DNA of 64,000 nucleotides from an uncultured Candidatus Saccharibacteria bacterium (GCA_964607655.1 CAZSKX010000001.1:147434-211433), one strand, 5' to 3'. Positions 29,193-38,710 are shown, numbered from the stretch's first letter. Numbers and translations: made by a program. The notes: generated from the letters alone by a model not told the origin.

Positions 29193-29413
29193 GCATATCT
29201 AAAATAGGCAAGGAAAAAGGTAAAGACCGGTATCTCGAGGCGCTAGGCGCGCGGGAGCATACCGGTCTTTGGGGTTCCCAATGCGGTCGTCGTCGCTCGC
29301 TGGTTCCTAGGTAAACGTTTACCAGATCGCGATAACGAAGCAGGGGTTCCCCAAACGAACTTTGCTGTAAGCAGCCTATCATACTCTTCTAAATCTGTCA
29401 AGTACTCGGTGGC
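29193..29413 (-). promoter_or_regulatory. structured 5' leader upstream of rplU (candidate ribosomal-protein leader)
   Basis: About 220-nt non-coding gap containing a long hairpin AAAGACCGGTAT...ATACCGGTCTTT. Confidence 0.3.
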
Positions 29414-30469
29414 TTAGTCGAGGGCCTCGGTAGCGGGTTTATCAAGGAGTTCGGGTTCGATACCGATCTTGGCTTCGGTGATCCGGTAGACGTCCTTATC
29501 GATCTTGCTAAGTTCTTTATAGCCGGCGTTGTAGTGTGAGACGGTCGTGCCGAGTGTGGTGCCGAGCTTCTTATAATATTCTTGCCACGAGGAAATGTGC
29601 TTACCGAGCTCTCCTACTCTCTTTTGAATTTCCTCAGCACGCTCTTCGATCTGGAGTGCCTTGAGTCCTTGCATGACGGTTTGTAGGTACGCGAGGAAAG
29701 AGGTCGGTGAGACGATGATCACTTTATACTTGCTCGCGGCGCGTTGTATCAAATTCTCTTCCTCCCCTGCCCCGACCTGGTTGGTAAGGAGGTCGTAGTA
29801 GATCCCCTCGCTCGGGATAAACATAAAAGCGAAGTCCATCGTGTCCTCTTCAGGGCGGATATACTTGGCAGTCTCGGTAATGCGGAGCTTCAGGTCATTT
29901 ACGAAAGCTTTCTCAGCTATGGCGCGCTCAGCGCTCCCCACTTGGGTACTCACGAAGCGGTTGTAGTTGTCGAGCGAGAACTTAGAGTCTACGGGCACGA
30001 GCTTCTTATTGATACGGATTACTGCGTCGACGATCTCACCGTTTTTAAAGGGATACTGAATGCTGTAGTCCTGCGGGCTCATGACGTTTTTGAGTACGGT
30101 CTCGAGGTAGTACTCGCCTAAGATGCCGCGCTGCTTCGGGTTCTTGAGCAGGTCTTGGAGCGATTGGAGCTGTTCGGCGAAGCTCTGGGTCTGGCGGCCG
30201 ATCTCCTTAACGCTGGTTACCTCTTGGGTGATCTCTTTGATCAGGCGGGACGACTCTGAGAACTGGCGATGCGAATTTTCTTGCATCGCTTTGGCCGACT
30301 CGGACACCTGCGAGTTGAGCGAGCGTTCGAGGGCCTGGAGCTGCTGCTGCAAGAGGAGCATGCCCTCGCCTTCTGGCTTAGGGGCCTCCTTCTTCTGCAG
30401 CATAAGGTAGAGCCCAATACCCTGGGCGATGACCAGTATAACCACGAGGACAATCAGCGCTGTTTCCAT
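29414..30469 (-). CDS. rmuC: DNA recombination protein RmuC
   Basis: N-terminal TM helix, coiled coil and C-terminal RmuC domain; start placed at METALIV, where TATAAT lies 6 nt upstream. Confidence 0.8.
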   Translation of the reverse strand: METALIVLVVILVIAQGIGLYLMLQKKEAPKPEGEGMLLLQQQLQALERSLNSQVSESAKAMQENSHRQFSESSRLIKEITQEVTSVKEIGRQTQSFAEQLQSLQDLLKNPKQRGILGEYYLETVLKNVMSPQDYSIQYPFKNGEIVDAVIRINKKLVPVDSKFSLDNYNRFVSTQVGSAERAIAEKAFVNDLKLRITETAKYIRPEEDTMDFAFMFIPSEGIYYDLLTNQVGAGEEENLIQRAASKYKVIIVSPTSFLAYLQTVMQGLKALQIEERAEEIQKRVGELGKHISSWQEYYKKLGTTLGTTVSHYNAGYKELSKIDKDVYRITEAKIGIEPELLDKPATEALD

Positions 30470-30489
30470 CTCTGTATTATACTGTCCCC

Positions 30490-30945
30490 ATGGCAATACA
30501 TGAAAATCTAAAGAAAGAGATCCCGGACGCGATGCGCGCCAAGGACGCGGTGAAGCTGCAAACGCTTCGCTCCTTGGTGACGGCGATGACGAACGAAGTG
30601 GTCAATAAGAAGCGTAAGCCCGACGAATTCCTCACCGACGAAGAGGCGCTTGCGGTCCTTAAGCGCGCGGCCAATCAGCGCAAGGACTCGATCGAGCAGT
30701 TTGAGGCGGCGGGCCGCAACGAGCTCGCTGAGCCAGAGAAGCTCGAGCTCGCGATCATCCAAGGCTATCTCCCCGCTCAGATGGGCGAAGAAGAGGTTAA
30801 GGCGGCGGTCGCCGCTAAGGCAGCAGAGCTCGGCGTATCTACTAAGGCTGATGCTAACAAGCTTATTGGCGCGCTCATGAAAGACCTTAAGGGTAAGGCG
30901 GATGGCGCGCTCGTGAAGCAGGTAGTAGACAACTTGTTCCAATAG
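30490..30945 (+). CDS. GatB/YqeY domain protein
   Basis: Whole-length match to the YqeY family (LKKEIPDAMRAKDAVKLQTLRSL...). Confidence 0.8.
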   Translation: MAIHENLKKEIPDAMRAKDAVKLQTLRSLVTAMTNEVVNKKRKPDEFLTDEEALAVLKRAANQRKDSIEQFEAAGRNELAEPEKLELAIIQGYLPAQMGEEEVKAAVAAKAAELGVSTKADANKLIGALMKDLKGKADGALVKQVVDNLFQ

Positions 30946-30974
30946 GGGTTTAATAAATTTCGGAGGGATACAGT

Positions 30975-31295
30975 ATGAATCAAGAGCAGCCAAGGAAAAC
31001 ACCAATCCAGGACCAGATGCGCCGGCTGGAAACCGAAGGGGCTTTTGAAAAGCCCAGGAGAGAAGAAAAAGCAATCGGTACTCCAATCCAGGACCAGATG
31101 CGCCGCATCGAAGAAGAAAAGGAGCTTCGAAGACAGGCTCTTTTCCCAGAGCAGGCAAAAACCGCAGATCTCGATGACGAAGGCAATGTCGTAGTGCCGG
31201 ACACAGGATCTCGTATGTACATCGATCCGAAGGACGGGCAGATCCACGAACAAATGCCGGGAAAGAGACTTCCCCCGCATTCTCGAGCCGCGTGA
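30975..31295 (+). CDS. hypothetical protein with an internal duplicated TPIQDQMRR motif
   Basis: GGAGGG Shine-Dalgarno sequence; a 23-nt exact direct repeat at 31003-31025 and 31083-31105 encodes the repeated peptide. Confidence 0.4.
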   Translation: MNQEQPRKTPIQDQMRRLETEGAFEKPRREEKAIGTPIQDQMRRIEEEKELRRQALFPEQAKTADLDDEGNVVVPDTGSRMYIDPKDGQIHEQMPGKRLPPHSRAA

Positions 31296-31345
31296 GTGTA
31301 CCAACACTCGCGCGGTTTTCCCTTTTCTGGTATAAAACATAGCAA

Positions 31346-31417
31346 GGCCCCATCGTCTAACGGCTAGGACAGCGCCCTCTCACGGCGTAAATCGGGGTTC
31401 GATTCCCCGTGGGGTCA
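31346..31417 (+). tRNA. tRNA-Glu (anticodon CTC)
   Basis: Cloverleaf with acceptor GGCCCCA/TGGGGTC, anticodon stem GCGCC/GGCGT and loop CTCTCAC, T-loop TTCGATT. Confidence 0.75.
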
Positions 31418-31491
31418 CACAGATTTTGTGCTTGTTTTAAGCCACGCTACAGCAGTACCAAATTAGTCATTGGAACCTGTATAATAGAGAT

Positions 31492-31857
31492 ATGAAAATC
31501 CTTGTCGCACACGCAAGCAACTTTGATTACAAGACTGAGCTTTACCAACCCCTGAAACACTCAGCCTTGCTACAGCAGCATACGGTCATCTATCCTCACG
31601 ATGATGAGAATGTAGAAATAGAGACCAATTCTCATATCCCAGATACTGATCTGATGCTCGCAGAGGTGTCGTATCCTTCTACAGGGGCGGGCATTGAGAT
31701 AGGGCTCGTTCAGGCAGCGGGCATACCTACACTCTTTGTATACAGAGCTGGAACCAAGCCTTCTGGATCTCTTAGGTTTATAAAGGGAAAGCGGATTGAG
31801 TATTCAGATTCAGCCGATCTTGTTGCGAAGGTAGAGGCAGAGATTGCCGCCCTCTAG
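31492..31857 (+). CDS. nucleoside 2-deoxyribosyltransferase-like protein
   Basis: DLMLAEVSYPSTGAGIEIGLVQAAGIPTLFVY matches the Nuc_deoxyrib_tr core; about 47% GC; TATAAT lies 6 nt before the ATG. Confidence 0.55.
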   Translation: MKILVAHASNFDYKTELYQPLKHSALLQQHTVIYPHDDENVEIETNSHIPDTDLMLAEVSYPSTGAGIEIGLVQAAGIPTLFVYRAGTKPSGSLRFIKGKRIEYSDSADLVAKVEAEIAAL

Positions 31858-31909
31858 TTCTTCCGCAGTATCCTTCCAAATGCAAGCCAGCCTCTAACCT
31901 GCGTCACCA

Positions 31910-32428
31910 ATGGAAAAAGCTCCTCGTCTGACACACTTCGTTCCTGTCGAAGAGATTTGGGAGGATCGGCAACGTGCGTTTGAAGATGAAAAGAAGGCGT
32001 TACAGGATGTCCTCTCAGGAATAGAGGCGGAATTCTTCCATATTGGCGGCTCCTCTATTCCGGGCGTCTTAACCAAGGGTGACTTAGATATTCAAATACA
32101 CGTACCAGCCGAAGACTTTGAGACGTCAGTAGAGAGGATGAAAGAATATGCGAGCGAGAAAGCGGTCGAAGTATGGACTCCCCAATCAGCAGTATTCGTC
32201 AATCATAGACCAGACTTCCCGATTGACTACATTTTGAGTGTGAAAGGTTCTATAGAAAGCGAAATTTATATGGAAGCAAAGAATCTGTTGCAAACGAAGC
32301 CAGAGTTCCTCGCAGAATATAATGCCTTAAAAAACTCTTTTGAAGGTAAGCCGTACGAAGAATATCGAGTTGCTAAAACTAAGTTCTGGGACGCTTGGAA
32401 GAGGCGCTTTCGAGAAGAAAAGGAATAA
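31910..32428 (+). CDS. GrpB-family (UPF0157) nucleotidyltransferase-fold protein
   Basis: HIGGSSIPGVLTKGDLDIQI GrpB signature. Confidence 0.7.
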   Translation: MEKAPRLTHFVPVEEIWEDRQRAFEDEKKALQDVLSGIEAEFFHIGGSSIPGVLTKGDLDIQIHVPAEDFETSVERMKEYASEKAVEVWTPQSAVFVNHRPDFPIDYILSVKGSIESEIYMEAKNLLQTKPEFLAEYNALKNSFEGKPYEEYRVAKTKFWDAWKRRFREEKE

Positions 32429-32431
32429 CTA

Positions 32432-32821
32432 TCACTCCCCCTTCATCCGGTGGGCTTTCTTGATTTCCCAGTAGACCGCTTCAGAGCCAGCGTCAACGCC
32501 ATCTGCGCGGTTATTAAAGAGATGCGCAGGATACTTCTCTTTGATCTTCTCGAGCTTCTCGAAGAGGATCGCCTCGGTATCAAAGCCAAGTAATACGCTG
32601 ATATCAAAACAATATGTGAGCACATCGGCTAATTCCTTTTTGATCTGTGCTAGCTTCTCAGGATCCTGCTTTACCTCCTCAAGCGAAGGGTTTGTCCATT
32701 GAAAGAGCTCGAGGAGCTCGGCTGACTCAATCGCCACCGATTTAGCAAGATCGCCGGGGCGTAGAGTGTCCCACTTCCGCTCCTTGAGATATTCAAGCAC
32801 GGCTTCTTCGTAGGGCTTCAT
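32432..32821 (-). CDS. MazG-like nucleotide pyrophosphohydrolase
   Basis: DLAKSVAIESAELLELFQW...ELADVLTYCFDI, typical of all-alpha NTP pyrophosphatases. Confidence 0.7.
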   Translation of the reverse strand: MKPYEEAVLEYLKERKWDTLRPGDLAKSVAIESAELLELFQWTNPSLEEVKQDPEKLAQIKKELADVLTYCFDISVLLGFDTEAILFEKLEKIKEKYPAHLFNNRADGVDAGSEAVYWEIKKAHRMKGE

Positions 32822-32913
32822 GCGCGTATGGTATCACGACTTGCGACTCCCCTTCTCCCGAGCTATAACACGTGCAGAAGCAAGAGCCTTGTCGCTCTTG
32901 GAGGAGTTCTAAA

Positions 32914-33477
32914 ATGTACGCAAAGCATCATGAAAAATCGCTTCTGCCGGATGGCGAAGGGGTCGTGGCGTCGAGTTTCGAAGCATTGGCCGAGATCGCA
33001 GCAGAAGGGCTCGGTGGAGCCACTGGCCACGTGATGGTCTGTGGGCCGATCACGACCGGAGGTACGGGCAATCAGACCCACAACTTCCTGATCATGAACG
33101 CGGTCGTTCGAGGTCTGAAGCGTCGAGGACGCAAGATCTTCGACCAGCTTCCCTACGAGCGAGGGCTGCGCAGGCTCATCTTCGAATGGGAAAACGCGGG
33201 TCACACAGGTTACTGCTGGCCGATCCTCGACGTGTTTTACACGAGAGTCTTCGGCACAGGATCGATCAGTGAGGGATGGTTTATTCCGGGTTGGAAGTCT
33301 TCGGTGGGCGCCACTTGGGAACGAGAGCAGCTCGAAGCTCGTGGCTGCATCATCCACGACCTGACCTTCGCGGAGATTCGCGAGTTCCTCGTCGACGAGT
33401 GCGCTCCGGAGCTCATCGAGACCATCATGAGCGAGCTCGCCGAAGGCGTCGACCCCACTGCTCCTGCCACGCCTTAA
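32914..33477 (+). CDS. DUF4406-like (nucleoside 2-deoxyribosyltransferase-like fold) protein
   Basis: VMVCGPITTGGTGNQTHNFLIMNAVVRGLKRRGRKIF resembles the DUF4406 N-terminal motif; GGAGGAG Shine-Dalgarno sequence. Confidence 0.45.
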   Translation: MYAKHHEKSLLPDGEGVVASSFEALAEIAAEGLGGATGHVMVCGPITTGGTGNQTHNFLIMNAVVRGLKRRGRKIFDQLPYERGLRRLIFEWENAGHTGYCWPILDVFYTRVFGTGSISEGWFIPGWKSSVGATWEREQLEARGCIIHDLTFAEIREFLVDECAPELIETIMSELAEGVDPTAPATP

Positions 33478-33497
33478 GCGTGACCGGGGCTCAAGCG

Positions 33498-33535
33498 CAA
33501 AAAGCCGCTCTCGGGGACGAGAGCGGCTTTTCTTA
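33498..33535 (+). terminator. intrinsic terminator
   Basis: AAAAAGCCGCTCTCGGGGACGAGAGCGGCTTTTCTT. Confidence 0.8.
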
Positions 33536-33690
33536 ACTCCTCGATGGAAGAGGTAGAAGGCGCTCTGTTGAGTGCCTGGCGTACCATAGTAGACAACCTT
33601 AATATTTTATTGTAGCTTTTGGCGAGCGTTGCTCACCCGAGCAACAGCTTGTAACTGAGTTCTATAAATCTGTATACGGAGAACAAACAC

Positions 33691-34344
33691 ATGTTCGAAG
33701 CATTGTCCGTCTTTCTCTTGGCTCCGGTCGTGGCGGCCTACACATTGCTCACCATCTCGTGGTGGATCGGTGGCGGCTTCTTCTGCCTTTTCCTGTGGTC
33801 GACTTACCTCGTCCACTCGGACGAACGTTCCGACGCGCTGGGCTTCGCGGCCTTCCTCGGCGGTATCGTTCTCGCCGTCTTTGCCGGCAACTACTTCGGG
33901 ACGGAGACGTCCCTTTGGGAAGCCGTCAAGCTGACGTTCGTTGCCGTTGCTTCTGGCATCGGCCAGTACGCGATTTGGGGCATCATCGTCATGCCGTTCC
34001 TCTGGATCTTCCAGGGGCTCGAGTTCCGGCGCAAGTACCGCCAAGCGGAGCACGCGTTCAGGGAACAAAAGGCCATCCCCAGCAACCGTATGGGTGATGA
34101 CAGAATCTGGGAATCGTGTCTGCATGACGCCGGTCTGCGCAAGGACACGCCGATCGACGCGACGAGCAAAGAAGGAGTGAGGGCGATCGCCAGCTACTTC
34201 TTCGCGTGGCCGCTTCATGTGGCAGACCGGGCATTCGGGGAGTTCATCCGCCAGATCCCCGAGCTCTTGTCGGTCATGTTTGGCGGACTCCTGAACCGTC
34301 TTACGAAAGTGGTGACGGGCGGAGCTGCCGGTCGACCGGCCTGA
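33691..34344 (+). CDS. hypothetical integral membrane protein
   Basis: Four predicted TM helices, GGAGAA Shine-Dalgarno sequence; no recognisable family. Confidence 0.45.
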   Translation: MFEALSVFLLAPVVAAYTLLTISWWIGGGFFCLFLWSTYLVHSDERSDALGFAAFLGGIVLAVFAGNYFGTETSLWEAVKLTFVAVASGIGQYAIWGIIVMPFLWIFQGLEFRRKYRQAEHAFREQKAIPSNRMGDDRIWESCLHDAGLRKDTPIDATSKEGVRAIASYFFAWPLHVADRAFGEFIRQIPELLSVMFGGLLNRLTKVVTGGAAGRPA

Positions 34345-34386
34345 CGTTCTCCCATTACTCAGCGCACAAGCGTTGGGTCAAAATCA

Positions 34387-34427
34387 GCCGCTCGCATCCT
34401 CACGGGTGCGGGCGGTTTCCTTTTTCT
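34387..34427. terminator. imperfect hairpin terminator between convergent genes
   Basis: GCCGCTCGCATCC-tcac-GGGTGCGGGCGG followed by TTTCCTTTTTCTG. Confidence 0.45.
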
Positions 34428-34452
34428 GACCCAGCGAATTAGATCTACTGCG

Positions 34453-35727
34453 CTACGCCCTCTTCTTCCACTCCTTACTCTGGCGCACGAGGAGGTGGCT
34501 GTCAGAGGGGTTGGCGAGGAGCGCCTCGACGATGCGTTCGGTGCGGATCGACTGAGAGCCTTTTATAAGAATCACATCTCCTTGCTGTATCTGGCTCGGG
34601 AGCGCTGCGGCGGCCAGGTCTGCGTCGTCGTATTGTAATATCTCACTCGATCCAGAAGTGCCGACCATCCGTCGTGCACGTACCCCGACCGTGACCAGGA
34701 GATCTGCCGTCTGGCGCGCCAGGGCTCCAATACGCTCATGTTCTTGTACGGAGTAGCGACCGAGTTCGAGCATATCGCCGAGGACGGCGATACGGCGCTT
34801 AGCACCCGGGAAGTGTTTAAGAGTATCGAGTGCCTCCTCGACGGCGACCGGTGAGGCGTTGTATGAATCGTCGATGATGATGGAGTCGTTGACGCCTCGC
34901 AAGAGTCGGCCTCTTCCTGCGGGCGGCTCATACTGCTTGAGAGCTTCGAGCGCGTCGGTGAGCGAAATATCAAATGCTTGTGCTGTAGCGAGAGCGGCGG
35001 CAATCGGTAAGAGCTGCACCTTCCCTACTGAGCCCTGGACAACCGCAGTGCCCTTCTCTTCGCCGAGCGTCACCTGTGCAGACATGCCGTTGACCTCGTG
35101 GTCCTTTTTATGAAAAACGATGTGTGAGAGGTGCGCTGTCGCTCCCTTCCCCTCGCCGTAGGTGAGGATGCGCGCAGGAGTGCGCTTCGACATCTCGAGC
35201 AGATGGGGCTTCCCGGTCGGGATGATGAGAGGCGCAGCTCCCTTCAGAGCATAGGCGGGTGAAAACTCTTCCTCCTGGACTGCTTCAGGCGACGCGTAGG
35301 CCTCGACGTGGACTGGAATGTCTGGGAGTCGGGTGACCACTACTGTGTCTGGCTGGGCGATCTTAAGGATGCGCGTGAGGTCGCCGGGCTTATCGGCGCC
35401 CACCTCGAGTACGAGCATGTTGGGATAGTGGTTCGGTAAGAAGATGAGTCCGATCGCGCTCTTAACTACCTTGAGCCAGGCTGAGGGGTTGCCCCACGGG
35501 TTCTCGACATCAAGGATAGTGAAGGGTACGCCGAATTCGCTGTTAAAACTCTTCTCACTCTTTCTCACAAGAAATCGTTGCGAGAGCACGGCAGCGACGG
35601 CGTCTTTGGTGGAGGTCTTCCCTACCGAACCCGTGACCATGACGATCGTGGGGCGATATTTGCGCACCACCGTGCGCGCAGAGAGGCCGAGGAAGAAGGC
35701 AACGAAGGATTTGAGAGCGTCTTTCAT
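34453..35727 (-). CDS. murF: UDP-MurNAc-tripeptide--D-Ala-D-Ala ligase
   Basis: VTGSVGKTSTKD and DDSYNASP motifs. Confidence 0.85.
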   Translation of the reverse strand: MKDALKSFVAFFLGLSARTVVRKYRPTIVMVTGSVGKTSTKDAVAAVLSQRFLVRKSEKSFNSEFGVPFTILDVENPWGNPSAWLKVVKSAIGLIFLPNHYPNMLVLEVGADKPGDLTRILKIAQPDTVVVTRLPDIPVHVEAYASPEAVQEEEFSPAYALKGAAPLIIPTGKPHLLEMSKRTPARILTYGEGKGATAHLSHIVFHKKDHEVNGMSAQVTLGEEKGTAVVQGSVGKVQLLPIAAALATAQAFDISLTDALEALKQYEPPAGRGRLLRGVNDSIIIDDSYNASPVAVEEALDTLKHFPGAKRRIAVLGDMLELGRYSVQEHERIGALARQTADLLVTVGVRARRMVGTSGSSEILQYDDADLAAAALPSQIQQGDVILIKGSQSIRTERIVEALLANPSDSHLLVRQSKEWKKRA

Positions 35728-37457
35728 GGTGTGGTGGTAACTACGCCTCGATCAGGGGGCAAGGCGTAATATTCAATCAAGAAGTGGGTTAAGTCAAGGA
35801 AGGTTTTACTGAGCGTTTCTGAGGCATATTGCACCCCTTGTGGGTCGTTGGTGTAGAGAAGGATGATGAAGCGGGGGTTGTAGGCCGGGAAATACCCGAC
35901 AAACGAGTGGAAAAAGCGATCTTTGTAGTATCCGCCCCTGCCGTCGGTGAGCTGCGCGGTACCGGTCTTGGCGGCCACCGACATGGTCGGGATCTTCGCC
36001 TTCCCTTCGAGCAGCTTCTCGTCGACGACCAAGACCATCATGTCGGTCGTCTCGCGCACGGCCTCGGCGCTAAAGACCGGTGTCGTGCTACTCCAGGCGA
36101 GCTTTCGGTCAATGCCGCTCTTAAGGCGGACCGACTTTACCAGGTGAGGCTGGACCATAGTGCCGCCGTTTGCGAGTGTGCCGAGTGCACGAACCATCTG
36201 GATCGGCGTTACGGCGATCCCCTGTCCGAACGAAACGGTTGCATAGTTGACCTGCTCGCGGGTCTTAAGATTGCCGATCAGGGAGCGGCCTTCGTTTGGC
36301 TGGTCGATGCCCGTCCTTGGCCCGAATAGTTCGGTGAAGTAATCGCGGAATGCGTCTTGGCCGATCCGGCCTGCCACCCAGGCGGCACCGAGGTTGAGCG
36401 ATTGCTTGATCACTTCCTTCATCGGGATCACGCCGCGCGCCTTTAAGTCCCAGTTACAGATCTGGCGCGTGTTGACCGTGATGCAGCCGGTGTCGTTGTA
36501 GGTCGTTTGTGGAGTGACCACGCCCGCATCAAGTCCAGCAGCCATCGTAAGTGTCTTCACGATCGAGCCAAATTCGTAGACGTGCTCGACAGCCGGGTTG
36601 CCCAGGAGCTTGCCGTTGACGCGCGAGAGATCATTTGGGTCATAAAACGGATACGTCGCCATCGCGATGATCTCACCCGTCTTAGGATCCATGATGATGC
36701 CACCCGTTTCTTTGCTCCTGTACTGTCTGTTTACAGCCTCGAGATCGGTGATCAGTCTGGTCTCGACTTCGGGCTCGATCGTCGTGATGATGTCGCCCTC
36801 GCGCGCATTCTCGGCGTCGACGAGCAGGTCGCCCACGTTTGAGAACAGCTGGGCGAAGAAGTTCTTATAGAGCGCGTCACCCGAGCGTGAGAGCACCGAC
36901 TCATACTGCTTCTCGAGCCCGGTCTGTCCTGCTACGCTGTCGCCGGAGCCGTAGGCGACAATACCGATCGCCTGTGCGGCGAGTGGTCCACCGGGATAAT
37001 AGCGCCACCGCTCCCTTAGCACCTGTACGCCCAGGATCTCCTGTGCGGCGAGCGCCTTACCCTTCTCTTCAGGAAGTCGACGGGCCACCTCGATGTAGAC
37101 TCGGTTTTTCTTATTCGTACTTGCGATAAATTCGTCGTAGTCGACAGTGCTCGACGCTAGGGCACTGATCGCTCGGTAGGCGGCGTCCGGATCTTTAAGA
37201 GTCTGAGGGTTGATCGCGACGAGGAAGCCGTTCATCAGCGTCGCGGCCGAGATGTGGGTACCGTCTTTGCGGGAGAAGTATATCGAGCCGCGGTCGAAGA
37301 GGCCGCTGCCACCCGAGGCGAACTGGCGATCAGCCTTTAGCGAATACTCGTCGCCATACACGATCTGGATCGTGTAGAGGCGCAGGACGATCAAGATCGT
37401 GACGAGAACAATCCCGCCAAGCACCACGCGGATTCTGGAGCGGAACTGGGCGCGCAT
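35724..37457 (-). CDS. ftsI: penicillin-binding protein (transpeptidase, FtsI/PBP2 class)
   Basis: N-terminal TM and dimerisation domain, SIVK (SxxK) and KTGTA motifs; dcw-cluster context. Confidence 0.85.
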   Translation of the reverse strand: MRAQFRSRIRVVLGGIVLVTILIVLRLYTIQIVYGDEYSLKADRQFASGGSGLFDRGSIYFSRKDGTHISAATLMNGFLVAINPQTLKDPDAAYRAISALASSTVDYDEFIASTNKKNRVYIEVARRLPEEKGKALAAQEILGVQVLRERWRYYPGGPLAAQAIGIVAYGSGDSVAGQTGLEKQYESVLSRSGDALYKNFFAQLFSNVGDLLVDAENAREGDIITTIEPEVETRLITDLEAVNRQYRSKETGGIIMDPKTGEIIAMATYPFYDPNDLSRVNGKLLGNPAVEHVYEFGSIVKTLTMAAGLDAGVVTPQTTYNDTGCITVNTRQICNWDLKARGVIPMKEVIKQSLNLGAAWVAGRIGQDAFRDYFTELFGPRTGIDQPNEGRSLIGNLKTREQVNYATVSFGQGIAVTPIQMVRALGTLANGGTMVQPHLVKSVRLKSGIDRKLAWSSTTPVFSAEAVRETTDMMVLVVDEKLLEGKAKIPTMSVAAKTGTAQLTDGRGGYYKDRFFHSFVGYFPAYNPRFIILLYTNDPQGVQYASETLSKTFLDLTHFLIEYYALPPDRGVVTTTP

Positions 37458-37463
37458 GAGAGA

Positions 37464-37766
37464 TTAACGACGTGCCGTGCCGCTCTGGGTCGGCACAAAG
37501 GTTTGGGCTATCGGCTTGGCGTAGCCGAGCGAGCTGTAGTTGGTGCTGGTGATCTCTGCCACGCGTGCAAGATACTTTGATTCGAGCGTCGCGACGGCAG
37601 CTTCACTCGAGCGTACCGACTGGGAGAATTCGACGGTCAGTGTGGCATAGCTCATCACGGTCGCGATCATCCCCAAGTAGACGACGACCAGCATCCCGAC
37701 GATACCCGCAGCGATCGAGGTCGGAGAATATGGAAGACGGAGTGCGACGGTGCGGATATTAGACAT
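37464..37766 (-). CDS. ftsL: FtsL-like small bitopic cell-division protein
   Basis: 100 aa with a single TM helix, positioned between rsmH and ftsI. Confidence 0.45.
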   Translation of the reverse strand: MSNIRTVALRLPYSPTSIAAGIVGMLVVVYLGMIATVMSYATLTVEFSQSVRSSEAAVATLESKYLARVAEITSTNYSSLGYAKPIAQTFVPTQSGTARR

Positions 37767-38709
37767 AAGCGTAGGGTTTAGTTTGGGTAATAAATTCGCT
37801 CGGCGTGCTCGCCGCCGCGCGCTTAAACACGCGGAGCTTAGCGCTCCTGGCGCGGCGGTTCGCGAGTATCTCGCGTCGCGTCGGCACGACGGGCTTCTTG
37901 GGCGAGAGCTCGCCCTGCCCGGCCTCTGCAGCGTCGCGCAGGAGATTCTTCACAATGCGATCTTCAAGACTGTGGAAGGTGATCACCGCAAGGCGACCGT
38001 CTGGCGCGAGCGAGGCGAGCGCGCTCGCGAGGCCCTCTTTGATTGCGCCGAACTCATCGTTTGCCGCGATGCGAAGCGCCTGGAAGGTCTTAGTGGCGGG
38101 GTGGCTCTTCTTATGTTGGTACCAGCTCGGGGTACCGGCATTAATCGCGGCGATGAGCTGGTCGGTGGTCAAAATCTTTTCTTTACTTCGCGTGGCGACG
38201 ATCGCCTTGGCGATACCGCGGGCGAAACGCTCTTCGCCGTAGGTGTAGATCAGGTCAGCAAGATCGGCTTCGCTCGTGCTGTTTACGATATCGGCGGCCG
38301 TCTCTCCTCCTTCGCCATAGGTCATGAGCAACGGCGCGTCCTCTTGGAAGGAGAAGCCTCGGGGCGACGCGATCTGATACCCGCTCCATCCGAGGTCGAA
38401 GAGTGCGGCATTCACCGGGCCGACCTCAAGGCGTTCGAGTATGCGAGATAGATTACGAAAATTGCCATTTACGATGTGTGCCACCGGGCGCTCGGGGCGG
38501 CGATCGCTCGCGTACGTCTCGCGAGCACGTTCGACCGCTTCGCTGTCGGCGTCGATCCCGATGATGACACCGCCTTCTCCGAGCTTCTCGAGTATCGCAG
38601 CGAAGTGCCCTGCCCCGCCAAGTGTCGCGTCGACAACGGTGTCAGACGACGCGATCTCGAGCGCGTCGAGCACTTCTTGCATGAGTACGCTGTCGTGCTT
38701 AGCTTCCAT
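37759..38709 (-). CDS. rsmH: 16S rRNA (cytosine1402-N4)-methyltransferase
   Basis: VDATLGGAGH and ITFHSLEDR motifs; start placed at MEAKHD, one nt after the mraZ stop. Confidence 0.85.
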   Translation of the reverse strand: MEAKHDSVLMQEVLDALEIASSDTVVDATLGGAGHFAAILEKLGEGGVIIGIDADSEAVERARETYASDRRPERPVAHIVNGNFRNLSRILERLEVGPVNAALFDLGWSGYQIASPRGFSFQEDAPLLMTYGEGGETAADIVNSTSEADLADLIYTYGEERFARGIAKAIVATRSKEKILTTDQLIAAINAGTPSWYQHKKSHPATKTFQALRIAANDEFGAIKEGLASALASLAPDGRLAVITFHSLEDRIVKNLLRDAAEAGQGELSPKKPVVPTRREILANRRARSAKLRVFKRAAASTPSEFITQTKPYAYV

Positions 38710-38710
38710 A

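Noticed and set aside
33607-34218. 203-aa minus-strand ORF
   Set aside because: Antisense to a membrane protein with a good RBS and TM helices; Arg-rich GC artefact.
37750-38451. 233-aa plus-strand ORF antisense to rsmH
   Set aside because: Embedded in a conserved methyltransferase gene; GC-rich frame artefact.
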